The position numbers and the translations under genes were made by a program. Below, in pieces: positions 47,770-57,626 of a DNA stretch of 64,000 nt (its first letter is position 1; every line of letters begins with the position of its first letter). This DNA comes from an uncultured Muribaculaceae bacterium (GTDB lineage Bacteria; Bacillota_I; Bacilli_A; RF39; UBA660). The stretch spans positions 3,498 to 67,497 of the forward strand of contig CAZJKO010000002.1 in NCBI GenBank assembly GCA_964546995.1, in the 5' to 3' direction. Under the pieces are notes generated by a model, which did no database searches, was not told where the DNA came from, and worked only from the letters and a program-made list of their open reading frames with translations.

Positions 47770-49365
47770 CTAAAAAATACCAACAACTTTTGAATCGACA
47801 AAATCGATTTGTTCATAATTAGGTGACTTAGGTAACCCTGGCATCATAAGTACATTACCTAAAAGAACCGTAACAAAACCCGCACCATGATTAATAAAAA
47901 TATCACTGACATGAATCGTCGTAGAAAGAGGATACCCCAAACGCTTTGCATCATCAGAAATAGAATACTGTGTTTTAGAAACACAAAGAGGTAAATTCAT
48001 AAGTCCAAGTTCCTCTAACTGTTTTAATTTTTCTTTAGCTAAATCCGTGTATTCTATCTTTTCAGCATGATATACTTTTTTAGCAAGAACACGAAGTTTT
48101 TCTGTAATTGGCATATTGATATCGAAAAGAGGAGTAAAATGATGTTCTTTTTGAATTTCATAGCATACGGTTTCAGCAAGACGAATTGCGCCATTTCCCC
48201 CATCGACATAAGCCGTACTTTCTTCACATGGAACATCTTGTTTTTCCACATAGGATTTAACACAGGCAACATCTTCGAAAGAATCATCAGAAAAACGATT
48301 GATACAAACGACAAGTGGTATATGGTATTCCTTTAAATGATCGATATGAGCTTGTAAATTAGAAAGACCTTTTTCTAAATCACCCTCCCCGTGATGTTTT
48401 AAAGCTCGAACAGTGGCCACCAAAACGACAAGATCAGGCGAAAAAGAAGCAATAGGACATACCATATCTAAAAACTTCTCTGCCCCAAGATCAGACCCAA
48501 AACCAGCTTCGGTAATTACATAATCGGATAAAGACAAAGCAAGTGATGTTGCCTGAACACTACTACACCCGTGAGCAATATTAGCAAATGGTCCACCGTG
48601 GATGAGACAAGGTGTTCCCTCTAACGTTTGCACCAAATTAGGAACAAACGCATCTTTTAACAATACCGTTAATGCTCCCTCTATTCTTAAATCTGAAACA
48701 AAAACAGGTTGCTTCAAAGAATTGTATCCCACAATAATTTTAGAAAGACGCATCTTTAAATCAGATAGAGAAGTAGCAAGACAAAAAAGTGCCATCACTT
48801 CACTAGCGGCCGTAATTCGAAACGAATCTCCATATTCTTCCTTATTACAAACAACCTTCACATGTCTTAAACTTCGATCATTCACATCCAAACAACGATG
48901 AAATGTAACAGTCTTAATATCCAAAAGATTTCCCTGTTCAATATGATTATAAATAGCAGCACTGATCAAATTGTTCGCCGCAGTAATCGCATGAAAATCC
49001 CCAGTAAAATGAAGATTGATATCGACCATTGGAACAACTTGACTGTATCCTCCACCTGTCGCTCCTCCCTTTAACCCAAATACAGGTCCAAGCGATGGTT
49101 GCCTAAGAGATAGACAAACACTCTGAGAAAGTTTCGAAAACGCATCAGCAAGCCCAATACTAACTGTCGTTTTCCCTTCTCCATAAGGTGTAGGATTAAT
49201 CGCGGTAACCAAAATAAGCTTACCATTTTTCCCTCTACCTAAACTTTGAACCTTAGCCTTATCCTTCCCATAAAAACAGAGTTCATCTTCACGTAATCCT
49301 AACCTTTGGGAAATTTCTCTAATATCTCTTACGGAAACACTACTAGCAATCTCTAAATCTGTCAT
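47770..49365 (-). CDS. fhs: formate--tetrahydrofolate ligase
   Basis: MTDLEIASS... and P-loop PTPYGEGKTT. Start at ATG 49365 with RBS GAGGTGAAAG (the ORF track adds 17 codons). Confidence 0.9.
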   Translation of the reverse strand: MTDLEIASSVSVRDIREISQRLGLREDELCFYGKDKAKVQSLGRGKNGKLILVTAINPTPYGEGKTTVSIGLADAFSKLSQSVCLSLRQPSLGPVFGLKGGATGGGYSQVVPMVDINLHFTGDFHAITAANNLISAAIYNHIEQGNLLDIKTVTFHRCLDVNDRSLRHVKVVCNKEEYGDSFRITAASEVMALFCLATSLSDLKMRLSKIIVGYNSLKQPVFVSDLRIEGALTVLLKDAFVPNLVQTLEGTPCLIHGGPFANIAHGCSSVQATSLALSLSDYVITEAGFGSDLGAEKFLDMVCPIASFSPDLVVLVATVRALKHHGEGDLEKGLSNLQAHIDHLKEYHIPLVVCINRFSDDSFEDVACVKSYVEKQDVPCEESTAYVDGGNGAIRLAETVCYEIQKEHHFTPLFDINMPITEKLRVLAKKVYHAEKIEYTDLAKEKLKQLEELGLMNLPLCVSKTQYSISDDAKRLGYPLSTTIHVSDIFINHGAGFVTVLLGNVLMMPGLPKSPNYEQIDFVDSKVVGIF

Positions 49366-49450
49366 AGTATCCCTTCTTTCACCTCTATTATATACTAGCC
49401 ACCAAAGAAAAACCACAATTAAATAAAATATATCATTAATTTATATAAAA

Positions 49451-50344
49451 CTAAAAAAGAACAATCTCTTGTATCTTAGAAATCAAGAGATCACACACAT
49501 CTTTATCGCAAATTAAAGTAATAGAAAATGTTTTATGACCGATTCTATTAACACTAGCGCCACAATGATAAACAACATGACTATCTAGTACAAAGTATCG
49601 ATCATGAAAAGAATGATCATATACAACTTTTAAATTATGATACTGTTGATTATATTTTAGAATATCCTGACTCGTTAATAAACAATCTTTTCTCGTTATA
49701 ATTGTTACATTGACATTTAATCTTTTTATAATATTTAATAAAGTATAATCGGCATAAGCATCAATGATTGTAATTTGTTTTTTTGCTTCAGCAAATATTT
49801 CTTGTATTTTAGAATAGGCATCAAAAATTTGACCATCAAAATATATCTCATTTACTTTTCTTTTTTCATCTAATTTTTGAAACGTTTCTTTTAAAAAATG
49901 AATACTATTATCGTGTTCTAATATTTTTGTTTCAATATTAGATAATCGATATTCATTATTTCCAATATAACGTTTCATAGTAACAAAAGCACGCATAATG
50001 TCTACACTTACTGAAGATGCTACGCTTGTTTTAAGAACACTTGAAAGCATAGCAACACCTTGTTCTGTAAAAACATATGGCAATTTTCTGACACCACCAT
50101 GATTATTAAATCTTGAAGTTCCAAATTGGAACTTCAAGTTATCATACTCTTCTTTAGTCAATTGAAAATAAAAATCTTTAGGAAATCGTTCAATGTTTCT
50201 ATTAACTGCTTTATTAACATCTTTTGTTCCATTTGTACATTCATAAAGTTTTGCCAAATCACGATCAAGCATCACTTGCTTTCCTCTTATCTCATATATC
50301 ATATCTTCTATTTTTTCATTCTCTTTTATTATTAAACCATTCAT
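49451..50344 (-). CDS. ORF6N-domain protein with C-terminal single PLD/HKD-like domain (HxR(x)4D...GxSxN variant), paralog 1
   Basis: N-terminus IEDMIYEIRGKQVMLDRDLAKLYECTNGTKDVNKAVNRNIERFPKDFYFQLTKEE matches the ORF6N (KilA-N-related) pattern. C-terminus ...ITIIDAYADYTLLNIIKRLNVNVTIITRK...LKVVYDHSFHDRYFVLDSHVVYHCGASVNRIG has PLD-like topology and motif. Start placed at MNGLII (ATG 50344). Confidence 0.6.
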   Translation of the reverse strand: MNGLIIKENEKIEDMIYEIRGKQVMLDRDLAKLYECTNGTKDVNKAVNRNIERFPKDFYFQLTKEEYDNLKFQFGTSRFNNHGGVRKLPYVFTEQGVAMLSSVLKTSVASSVSVDIMRAFVTMKRYIGNNEYRLSNIETKILEHDNSIHFLKETFQKLDEKRKVNEIYFDGQIFDAYSKIQEIFAEAKKQITIIDAYADYTLLNIIKRLNVNVTIITRKDCLLTSQDILKYNQQYHNLKVVYDHSFHDRYFVLDSHVVYHCGASVNRIGHKTFSITLICDKDVCDLLISKIQEIVLF

Positions 50345-50475
50345 TGTATCACCATCTTTCTTCACAACAATGTATTAAAATTTCAAAATATCTATATAAT
50401 ATTAACTAATCTTTCACTTAATACATTTAACATATTCATAAAAATGCTTTTATATTTTTCGACAAAACTTCTAAA

Positions 50476-51369
50476 CTAAAAAAGAACAATCTCTTGTATC
50501 TTAGAAACCAACAGATCACACACATCTTTATCGCAAATTAAAGTAATAGAAAATGTCTTATATCCGATTCTATTAATACTCGCTCCACAATGATAAACAA
50601 CATGATTGTCTAGTACAAAGTATCGATCATGAAAAGAATGATCATATACAACTTTCAAATTATGATACTGCTTATTGTATTTTAAAATATCCTGACTCGT
50701 TAATAAACAATCTTTTCTCGTTATAATTATTATTTTTACATTTAATCTTTTTATAATATCCAATAAAGTATAATCGGCATAAGCATCAATAATTGTAATT
50801 TGTTTTTTTGCTTCAGCAAATATTTCTTGTATTTTAGAATAGGCATCAAAAATTTGACCATCAAAATATATCTCACTCACTTTTCTTTTTTCATCAAACC
50901 TCTTAAAAGATTCTTGCAACAACTTAATATCTTCTGTATTTTTCATCACTTGATTATTTATGAATTTTTGTTCTAACAAGTTTGAAGATATATATTTTCG
51001 CATTGTTACAAAAGCATCCATTATAGCTATGCTTACTTCTGTTGCAATTTTCGACTTTATTATAGTAGCAAGCATTGCAACACCTTGCTCAGTAAACACT
51101 CTTGGATTTTTGTATTTACCTCCACGTGTTTCAATTTTTTGGTCAAAAATTTTGACCAAAAAATTCTGACTTTCCAAATCGGATAATCTCCAAGAAAATC
51201 TTTCAGGAAACTTATCAATATTATTTCTTACAGCCTGATTTATTTCTTTCGTACCATTCTTGCATCCATAAAGTTTTGCCAAATCACTATCGAGCATCAC
51301 TTGCTTTCCTCTTATTTCATATATCATATCTTCTATTTTTTCATTCTCTTTTATTGTTAAACCATTCAT
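50476..51369 (-). CDS. ORF6N-domain protein with C-terminal PLD/HKD-like domain, paralog 2 (tandem duplicate)
   Basis: Same architecture. First about 45 aa and last about 140 aa nearly identical to paralog 1; central about 120 aa strongly diverged. The 3' flank (AAAAAAGAACAATCTCTTGTATCTTAGAAA...) is duplicated along with the gene. Confidence 0.6.
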   Translation of the reverse strand: MNGLTIKENEKIEDMIYEIRGKQVMLDSDLAKLYGCKNGTKEINQAVRNNIDKFPERFSWRLSDLESQNFLVKIFDQKIETRGGKYKNPRVFTEQGVAMLATIIKSKIATEVSIAIMDAFVTMRKYISSNLLEQKFINNQVMKNTEDIKLLQESFKRFDEKRKVSEIYFDGQIFDAYSKIQEIFAEAKKQITIIDAYADYTLLDIIKRLNVKIIIITRKDCLLTSQDILKYNKQYHNLKVVYDHSFHDRYFVLDNHVVYHCGASINRIGYKTFSITLICDKDVCDLLVSKIQEIVLF

Positions 51370-51532
51370 TAAATCACCATCTTTCTCCCACCAATAAAAG
51401 ATCTTGTTCATTTCACAAATCAACATTATAATACGAACATATATTTGTCAATTTGTTTTTGCACTTTTGATAATTTTTTTAAACATCAAAAAAAGATAGG
51501 AAAATCCTATCTTTTAAGTTATAAAGAACTAA

Positions 51533-51745
51533 TTACTTAGTTTGGTTGTTATAACTTCCACTGATTTGGTTTAATCCGTTTTGAACTAAACGTTTTGTAA
51601 TTTCACCACCAACACTACCGTTAGCACGTGAAGTAGCATCAGGTCCTAAATTAACACCGAATTCGTTAGCGATTTCATATTTCATACGATCGATAGCTTG
51701 TTTAGCACCAGGTACTCTCATTTTAGAGTTTGAATTGTTATTCAT
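51533..51745 (-). CDS. alpha/beta-type small acid-soluble spore protein (SASP)
   Basis: [54 protein letters not shown] is the canonical alpha/beta SASP signature. ATG at 51745 with RBS GGAGGTG. Upstream GTATG-N17-CATTCTA (51769..51798, minus strand) resembles a sigma-G/F forespore promoter. Confidence 0.8.
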   Translation of the reverse strand: MNNNSNSKMRVPGAKQAIDRMKYEIANEFGVNLGPDATSRANGSVGGEITKRLVQNGLNQISGSYNNQTK

Positions 51746-51825
51746 TTGTTTCACCTCCTATACACTAATAGAATGTGAAAAAATGAATTTTTCATACACA
51801 AAACAGTGTGGTAATTTTTACCGTT

Positions 51826-53010
51826 TTATAAATAAGATTGATAAGTCGAATCGTCTTTTTCATCAATCGTTAAAACCTCAATTTTTGAAATTGTTTTTTG
51901 AATCAAATTCAAATAGTCAAAACGATTCTCATTTAAAACACAACAATCAAGTGTTGGATTAATCACAGGATGTTTGGGAACAAAAACAGTACAACAGTCT
52001 TCATAAGGCAAAATGCTAATATCGTAAGTATCAATTCGTTTTGCAATATCGATAATTTCAAGTTTATCAAGACAACAAACGGGTCGAAGAACAGGATAAT
52101 TCGTCACCTGATTAATCACATTCATACTAGTTAATGTTTGACTAGCAACTTGTCCGATACTTTCACCATTGATAATAGCAAGTGCTTTATTCTTTTTACA
52201 AAGCTCCTCCATAATACGATACATCATCCTACGCATAATGGTAATCATATAATCAGGATCACAATTTTGATAAATTGCTTCTTGAATCTCGGTAAAAGGA
52301 ACAAGGTGCAGTTTCACACGATTCGTATATTTCGAAAGCTTCCGACAAAGAGAAATAACCTTATTACGCGCTTCAATCGACGTATGAGGAATTGCCTCAA
52401 AATAGACAGCTTCCACTCTAATACCACGCTTTAAAGCAAGATAAAACGCAACAGGAGAATCGATTCCACCACTAAGCATAAGCATCCCTTTAGATTGAGT
52501 ACCTACAGGATAACCACCAATTCCATAATGACAATTCGTATAAATGTAAGTATAAAATGGCCGAATTTCCACATGAAGCAAAACATCAGGATGATGAACA
52601 TCGACAGAACAATCAAAATGGTTTAAAACGACGCCACCTAACAAACGATTCATCTCCATACTAGGAATAGAAAAAGTCTTATCGCTACGCTTCGTCTCTA
52701 CTTTAAATGTCTTAAAATTCTCCCGTTTCATAATATCGACAACGGTTTCTTGAATTTCTTCAAGATCTGTTTTAATCTTATAAGCAACATGGTAAGTATG
52801 AATTCCAAAAACGTGATTGATCACATCCAAAACAGAATCGAGTTCCCTTTCATCAAAAGTAAGATACATCCTAGAAATATCTTTCGTAATGGAAACGTGA
52901 TAAGAAGCTAATTTCTGTTTCATATTATCGTAAAGTGTTTTAACAAAAAAATTACGATTTCCCTTTTTCGTTGTCAACTCTCCATATTTAATCAAAATGA
53001 CTCTTTCCAT
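51826..53010 (-). CDS. thiI: tRNA 4-thiouridine(8) synthase ThiI
   Basis: 394 aa. THUMP N-domain and PP-loop SGGIDSPVA. Start overlaps the nifZ stop (ATGA). Confidence 0.9.
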   Translation of the reverse strand: MERVILIKYGELTTKKGNRNFFVKTLYDNMKQKLASYHVSITKDISRMYLTFDERELDSVLDVINHVFGIHTYHVAYKIKTDLEEIQETVVDIMKRENFKTFKVETKRSDKTFSIPSMEMNRLLGGVVLNHFDCSVDVHHPDVLLHVEIRPFYTYIYTNCHYGIGGYPVGTQSKGMLMLSGGIDSPVAFYLALKRGIRVEAVYFEAIPHTSIEARNKVISLCRKLSKYTNRVKLHLVPFTEIQEAIYQNCDPDYMITIMRRMMYRIMEELCKKNKALAIINGESIGQVASQTLTSMNVINQVTNYPVLRPVCCLDKLEIIDIAKRIDTYDISILPYEDCCTVFVPKHPVINPTLDCCVLNENRFDYLNLIQKTISKIEVLTIDEKDDSTYQSYL

Positions 53011-54152
53011 TAGGATTCCCTCTTTTCCAAATTTAATTCATGATAATGTTCTTCTAACTTTTTTAAAAAAAATAAAACTTCTTCCCTTGTCGTTAAATGA
53101 GACAAACTGATACGAATCGAATGTCCACTAATCGATGGAGCTTTTCCCAAAGCAAATAGTGTCGGAGAAACACTAGAATGATTACTACAAGCAGTCTGCG
53201 TTGAGACATAAATTTCATCTTGTTCCAAAGCATGAATCAGTGTTTCTGGTTTAATCGAAGAAAGAGAAATATTGACGATATGCGGAATAGAAGCACGATT
53301 GCTATTCATAATAACAAAGGGAAGTGAACCAAGTCCTTCTACAAGCAAATCATAGTTTTCTTGTACTGTTTTTAAACGAATCGACAAGTTTTCCACAGCA
53401 AGACGAAGCGCTTTTGCCAAACTGACCATCAGTGCCAAAGATGGTGTTCCACTACGATAAATCGTCTGACTTTTTCCCCCGTGGATTAAAGGTGTAAGTT
53501 GAATAGGACTCTTTTTAATAAGACAAGCAATTCCCTTTAATCCATAAAACTTATGAGCACTAAAACTAAAGAGATCAACATGATCTAAAGAAACAGGAAT
53601 TTTACCCACAGCTTGTGTCCCATCGACGTGAAAAATCGTTCTAGGATACTCTTCTAGAATTTTACCAATCTCGGAAATAGGTTGCAAAATTCCAACCTCA
53701 CTATTCACGTAACCAATACTAACCAAAACCGTATCTTTTTCCAAAAGTTTCTTCAAAGAATCAAGATCGACCGTTCCATCTTCCAATAGAGAAACATAGG
53801 AAACTTCGTACCCTAATTCAGAAGAAGCATACAAAATCGTTTCCAAAACACTAGCATGTTCTAAAGGTGTCGTAATAATCTGTTTTCCTCTATTCTTATA
53901 GTAAGATAAAACACCCAAAATAGAAAGATTATTCGATTCACTACTAGAAGAAGTAAAGATAACCTCTTCTTTTTTCACATTTAAAAGATCGGCAACCTGC
54001 TCTGTTGCCATATCCATCATCTTTTTGCTTTCTACACCTAGTGCATGAATCGAATTCGCATTACCGACAAAATCTAAAGACACACGATTAAACGTATCCA
54101 AAACCTCTCTATCGACTGGCGTTGTCGCACTATAATCCAAATAAACCATCAT
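53010..54152 (-). CDS. nifZ: cysteine desulfurase (NifZ/IscS-like, partner of ThiI)
   Basis: 380 aa class V aminotransferase. PLP lysine motif SAHKFYGLKG, catalytic Cys TACSN. Confidence 0.85.
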   Translation of the reverse strand: MMVYLDYSATTPVDREVLDTFNRVSLDFVGNANSIHALGVESKKMMDMATEQVADLLNVKKEEVIFTSSSSESNNLSILGVLSYYKNRGKQIITTPLEHASVLETILYASSELGYEVSYVSLLEDGTVDLDSLKKLLEKDTVLVSIGYVNSEVGILQPISEIGKILEEYPRTIFHVDGTQAVGKIPVSLDHVDLFSFSAHKFYGLKGIACLIKKSPIQLTPLIHGGKSQTIYRSGTPSLALMVSLAKALRLAVENLSIRLKTVQENYDLLVEGLGSLPFVIMNSNRASIPHIVNISLSSIKPETLIHALEQDEIYVSTQTACSNHSSVSPTLFALGKAPSISGHSIRISLSHLTTREEVLFFLKKLEEHYHELNLEKRES

Positions 54153-54224
54153 ATCACCTCAAACCAGGTATAGTATAACATGAATAAATGAAAAAAGAAA
54201 CGAAAGAGCGTTTCTTTTAGAATA

Positions 54225-54893
54225 TTAAAAAGCAGAAATTGTTTTTACAAGTACCCGACTGCGATAAAACGTCTTCTTATCGATGTGATACGTCGAAGGA
54301 ATTGCTTGAACCGAATCATACTCAGTATGATTTCTCTCATTAAAAAGTCTCACAAAGAGTGCATCACTATAATACTGTGAAAAAGCCAAATGATCCCCTT
54401 CCATGTAATTGTACCGAATCTCGATATCCACTTTTTCACGAGAAGATTCCTTCATAGGATCAAGTTGCCAACTACTCGCTTTATAAATATAATAATAGCG
54501 ATCACTACTACGTTGCTTATAGATAACATAATCTCCACACTGTAATGTAAAAAGATGATTGTTTGTTAAATCGTCAAGTAAAACCATTGTTTCATAACGA
54601 TTACACTGTTCCCGATTCAAAAAAGGATTTTCAAGATCGTCGAGAACTTGATGTTGAAACAATTCATGTAAATAGACAATATTGTCGACTGCCGGATTCG
54701 TAAGTTCATAAGTACTGGCGTTAAATAGTAACGTCGATACATGATACTTCAACAGATGAAACTTCTCATCTTGACTATGATTGACCGCAATCTTCAAAAT
54801 GATCGCTGTCAAAATAATCAACACGACCATAATAGACAAAAATTCACTAGCACTGTATCCAAAACGCCCCATTCTCTTCTTTTTATTTTTCAT
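54225..54893 (-). CDS. hypothetical protein with prepilin-type (type IV pilin-like) N-terminal leader and hydrophobic segment
   Basis: MKNKKKRMGRFG|YSASEFLSIMVVLIILTAIIL: basic leader, Gly at -1, aromatic +1, Glu at +5, then a 20-aa hydrophobic helix, followed by a 180-aa soluble domain. Overlaps the ezrA stop by 11 nt. Confidence 0.45.
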   Translation of the reverse strand: MKNKKKRMGRFGYSASEFLSIMVVLIILTAIILKIAVNHSQDEKFHLLKYHVSTLLFNASTYELTNPAVDNIVYLHELFQHQVLDDLENPFLNREQCNRYETMVLLDDLTNNHLFTLQCGDYVIYKQRSSDRYYYIYKASSWQLDPMKESSREKVDIEIRYNYMEGDHLAFSQYYSDALFVRLFNERNHTEYDSVQAIPSTYHIDKKTFYRSRVLVKTISAF

Positions 54894-56595
54894 ACGCTTC
54901 TAATAACCTCTTATATACACCAGGTTCTACTAAATCAACTGCCCCAATCGACATCTCAAGAGCCTTTTGATAGTTCCCTTTAAAAAATAGAATCTGTGCC
55001 TGATCGAGTTTCTTATCCACTTCATCCATATAACTACGATATCGATTGCCATAAACCATCATCTTCTCTGCCATTTCAGCCGTTCGAATCATCTCATTCG
55101 TCGTATTAAAAAGTTTTAACACCAAATCTCTTGCTGTATCAACACGAGTATTCAAAATACGAATCACAATAGGCTTTTTCGATAATTCTTTGATAATCTC
55201 TAAAATTGCATCGTTAGCTTCCGATAATTGGACAAAATAATTATCGGTAATAATAGGAAGTTTATAAGAACGAATACGCATCTTACATTGTTTTAATAGT
55301 TCTTGAATTTCTTCTAATTGTTCCCTAGCCCGAACTTCATCATCGTACATACTACCTAAAGATCTTAACGATTGATCGAGTTCTTCTTCTAATTCTTTAA
55401 GCCTAGTAGATAATTCCTCAATCGCCTGATGAGACTTCGAATAAGGCATTTCCTTCTCCTTAACTTGTTTGGTAAGAGACTTATAATCGAGATTAATTTT
55501 AAGAAGGGATCCATTGACTGTATCGATCACCTTTACATCTTCATCAGTCAGATCGTACATATTTTTAATATCATCCAATTGTTTATAAATATCTTCGACA
55601 ATTTTATTAATCTTCTTGATTTTCTTCTCAAAATCACCTCGAATTTCTTCGTACACTTTACGAGCAAGACGCTCTTTTTCAAAATCGTGAAACAAAGAAT
55701 CTAAATAATCGAGCATCGTCTTAAGTTCGAACATCGCTTCTTCCAAATTGAGAACTTTCACCCGGTCCATAATATCATTGACATGTTTACGAGACTCTTC
55801 TAAATTGTAATCGATTTTCAAATAATCGAGAGGATAACCATCCTTCACCATTTCTTGATATACTTCCTGAATTTGTTCCATACGCTTAGGAATTAATTGT
55901 AACGACATCAACACCAAATTAGGAACCTCATCAACAACAATCGTAATGTGATCGATCATTGCATCCAGTGCCTTCACAATATGCACGACTTCACTATATT
56001 CATTTTGATCCATAGCAACTTCAAAATCCATAAACCGTTTCTCAATATTTTCAAACTGCAATTCAATCGTTTCCGTCACAGGATCGTATTCTGCTTTCTT
56101 CTCTTGAAAAGTACTCATCAATTCTCGATATTTTGCTTTTAACTTCGTAATGATACTACGGTACTTTTCATCACTACGAGTAACTTCACGAATTTCTTCT
56201 AACAAATGATCTGCAGCAGAACGAGCTTTGTAAAGTTCCATTTCTGCTTTAGCTATTTTATAACGACTATTTTTATAATCTTTCTTCTCAAGATACACAT
56301 CCAAATCGATAATCATATCGTTGACCTTCATCAAACGATCTTCTTTAATCCACTCAAATCGCTCTTGCCAAGCCCGATACTTTTCTTCCATTTTATCGTT
56401 CTTAATAATGGCTTCTACTTTCGATAATTCACTCATAACAGGGGTACTAGCGACAAGATTCTTCTCGGTCTCCAAAGATTCGACTTCCCTCTTCATTCTT
56501 TTTAGTCGAGCACCCTGAATCAAATTGAGCGTAACTGCGATCAGTGCCACGGCTAAAATAAAAAACGTAATCACAAGTAACGTAACACCTTGCAT
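54883..56595 (-). CDS. ezrA: septation ring formation regulator EzrA
   Basis: 570 aa. N-terminal TM LLVITFFILAVALIAVTL followed by long spectrin-like coiled-coil repeats. Good match to EzrA family length and architecture. Confidence 0.85.
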   Translation of the reverse strand: MQGVTLLVITFFILAVALIAVTLNLIQGARLKRMKREVESLETEKNLVASTPVMSELSKVEAIIKNDKMEEKYRAWQERFEWIKEDRLMKVNDMIIDLDVYLEKKDYKNSRYKIAKAEMELYKARSAADHLLEEIREVTRSDEKYRSIITKLKAKYRELMSTFQEKKAEYDPVTETIELQFENIEKRFMDFEVAMDQNEYSEVVHIVKALDAMIDHITIVVDEVPNLVLMSLQLIPKRMEQIQEVYQEMVKDGYPLDYLKIDYNLEESRKHVNDIMDRVKVLNLEEAMFELKTMLDYLDSLFHDFEKERLARKVYEEIRGDFEKKIKKINKIVEDIYKQLDDIKNMYDLTDEDVKVIDTVNGSLLKINLDYKSLTKQVKEKEMPYSKSHQAIEELSTRLKELEEELDQSLRSLGSMYDDEVRAREQLEEIQELLKQCKMRIRSYKLPIITDNYFVQLSEANDAILEIIKELSKKPIVIRILNTRVDTARDLVLKLFNTTNEMIRTAEMAEKMMVYGNRYRSYMDEVDKKLDQAQILFFKGNYQKALEMSIGAVDLVEPGVYKRLLEAYEK

Positions 56596-56706
56596 ACATA
56601 CACCTTCCTTTGATTCTTTACTAACATAATAATATCATATTTTAAACATTTTTTTACTATTTTTTTTAAATTTCAATAAAAAGAAGGAAAATAACGCATG
56701 TTTTCC

Positions 56707-56735
56707 TTGACGTAACATACATTTTTTTATATAAT
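56707..56735 (+). promoter_or_regulatory. sigma-A promoter TTGACG-N17-TATAAT for rpsD, followed by a roughly 170-nt structured leader (probable S4 autoregulatory site)
   Basis: TTGACG at 56707-56712, TATAAT at 56730-56735. The long 5' UTR before the rpsD RBS GAAAGGATG parallels B. subtilis rpsD autoregulation. Confidence 0.5.
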
Positions 56736-56913
56736 TGTTCTTGCATATTGACTTGATGCAGCAGATTTTGAAACGATTAATGTGTTTTGAAAATGTAAGT
56801 AACGTAAGTCATAGAGTGACAAGCTGCTAAACGCGAAAACATGAGACAACAACTCCCTAATCGTTGGCAAAATCACTACTTAAGTAATATGAAAGAAGAA
56901 AGGATGTGTAAAA

Positions 56914-57516
56914 ATGGCTAGATATACTGGTCCAAGTTACAAACAAGCACGTCGTGTTGGTTTCTCTATCAGCGAAACAGGAAAAGAACTTGCCAAAAGA
57001 CCTTATGGTCCTGGACAACACGGAAATGCTCGCAAGGGCAAATTATCAAACTACGGAGTACAATTAAAAGAAAAACAAAAAGTACGTTTTATGTACGGAT
57101 TAACTGAAAGACAATTCCGTAAGACTTTCGATGAAGCAGCAAAACTAAAAGGAATTCATGGTGAAGATTTCTTAAAATTACTAGAATCAAGATTAGATAA
57201 CTTAGTATACCGTTTAGGATTTGCTTCAACTCGTCGTGGAGCAAGACAACTGGTAAACCATGGACACATTACTGTCAATGGTAAAAAGGTAGATATTCCT
57301 TCTTATCGTGTAAAAGTAGGATCAACCATTGCCTTAAAAGAAAACTCAAAAGATCATAAAGCAGTAAAAGATTCACTTGAAAAAGTAACGAGCCGTGTCG
57401 AATTCGTAACTTTCGATGAAAACAAATTAGAAGGAAAGTTCGTTCGTTTACCAGAACGAAATGAATTAAATGCCGACATCAATGAATCATTAATCGTTGA
57501 ATTCTATAATAAGTAA
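56914..57516 (+). CDS. rpsD: 30S ribosomal protein S4
   Basis: [19 protein letters not shown]...S4 domain [39 protein letters not shown]. Terminator hairpin + T-run at about 57522..57552. Confidence 0.95.
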   Translation: MARYTGPSYKQARRVGFSISETGKELAKRPYGPGQHGNARKGKLSNYGVQLKEKQKVRFMYGLTERQFRKTFDEAAKLKGIHGEDFLKLLESRLDNLVYRLGFASTRRGARQLVNHGHITVNGKKVDIPSYRVKVGSTIALKENSKDHKAVKDSLEKVTSRVEFVTFDENKLEGKFVRLPERNELNADINESLIVEFYNK

Positions 57517-57626
57517 AAAAAGATCTAGTTTTAAAAACTAGGTCCTTTTTATTTGTCGATCATGATAGTTAAAATGATGTACAATGTTTAAAATTTTATC
57601 CACAAGTTTTGTAAAAAAAAGAAGGT

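Noticed and set aside
55429-56518. Multiple 64-91-aa plus-strand ORFs within ezrA
   Set aside because: All antisense shadow ORFs of the long coiled-coil ezrA gene (AAG/GAA-rich sense strand yields long open frames on the reverse strand).
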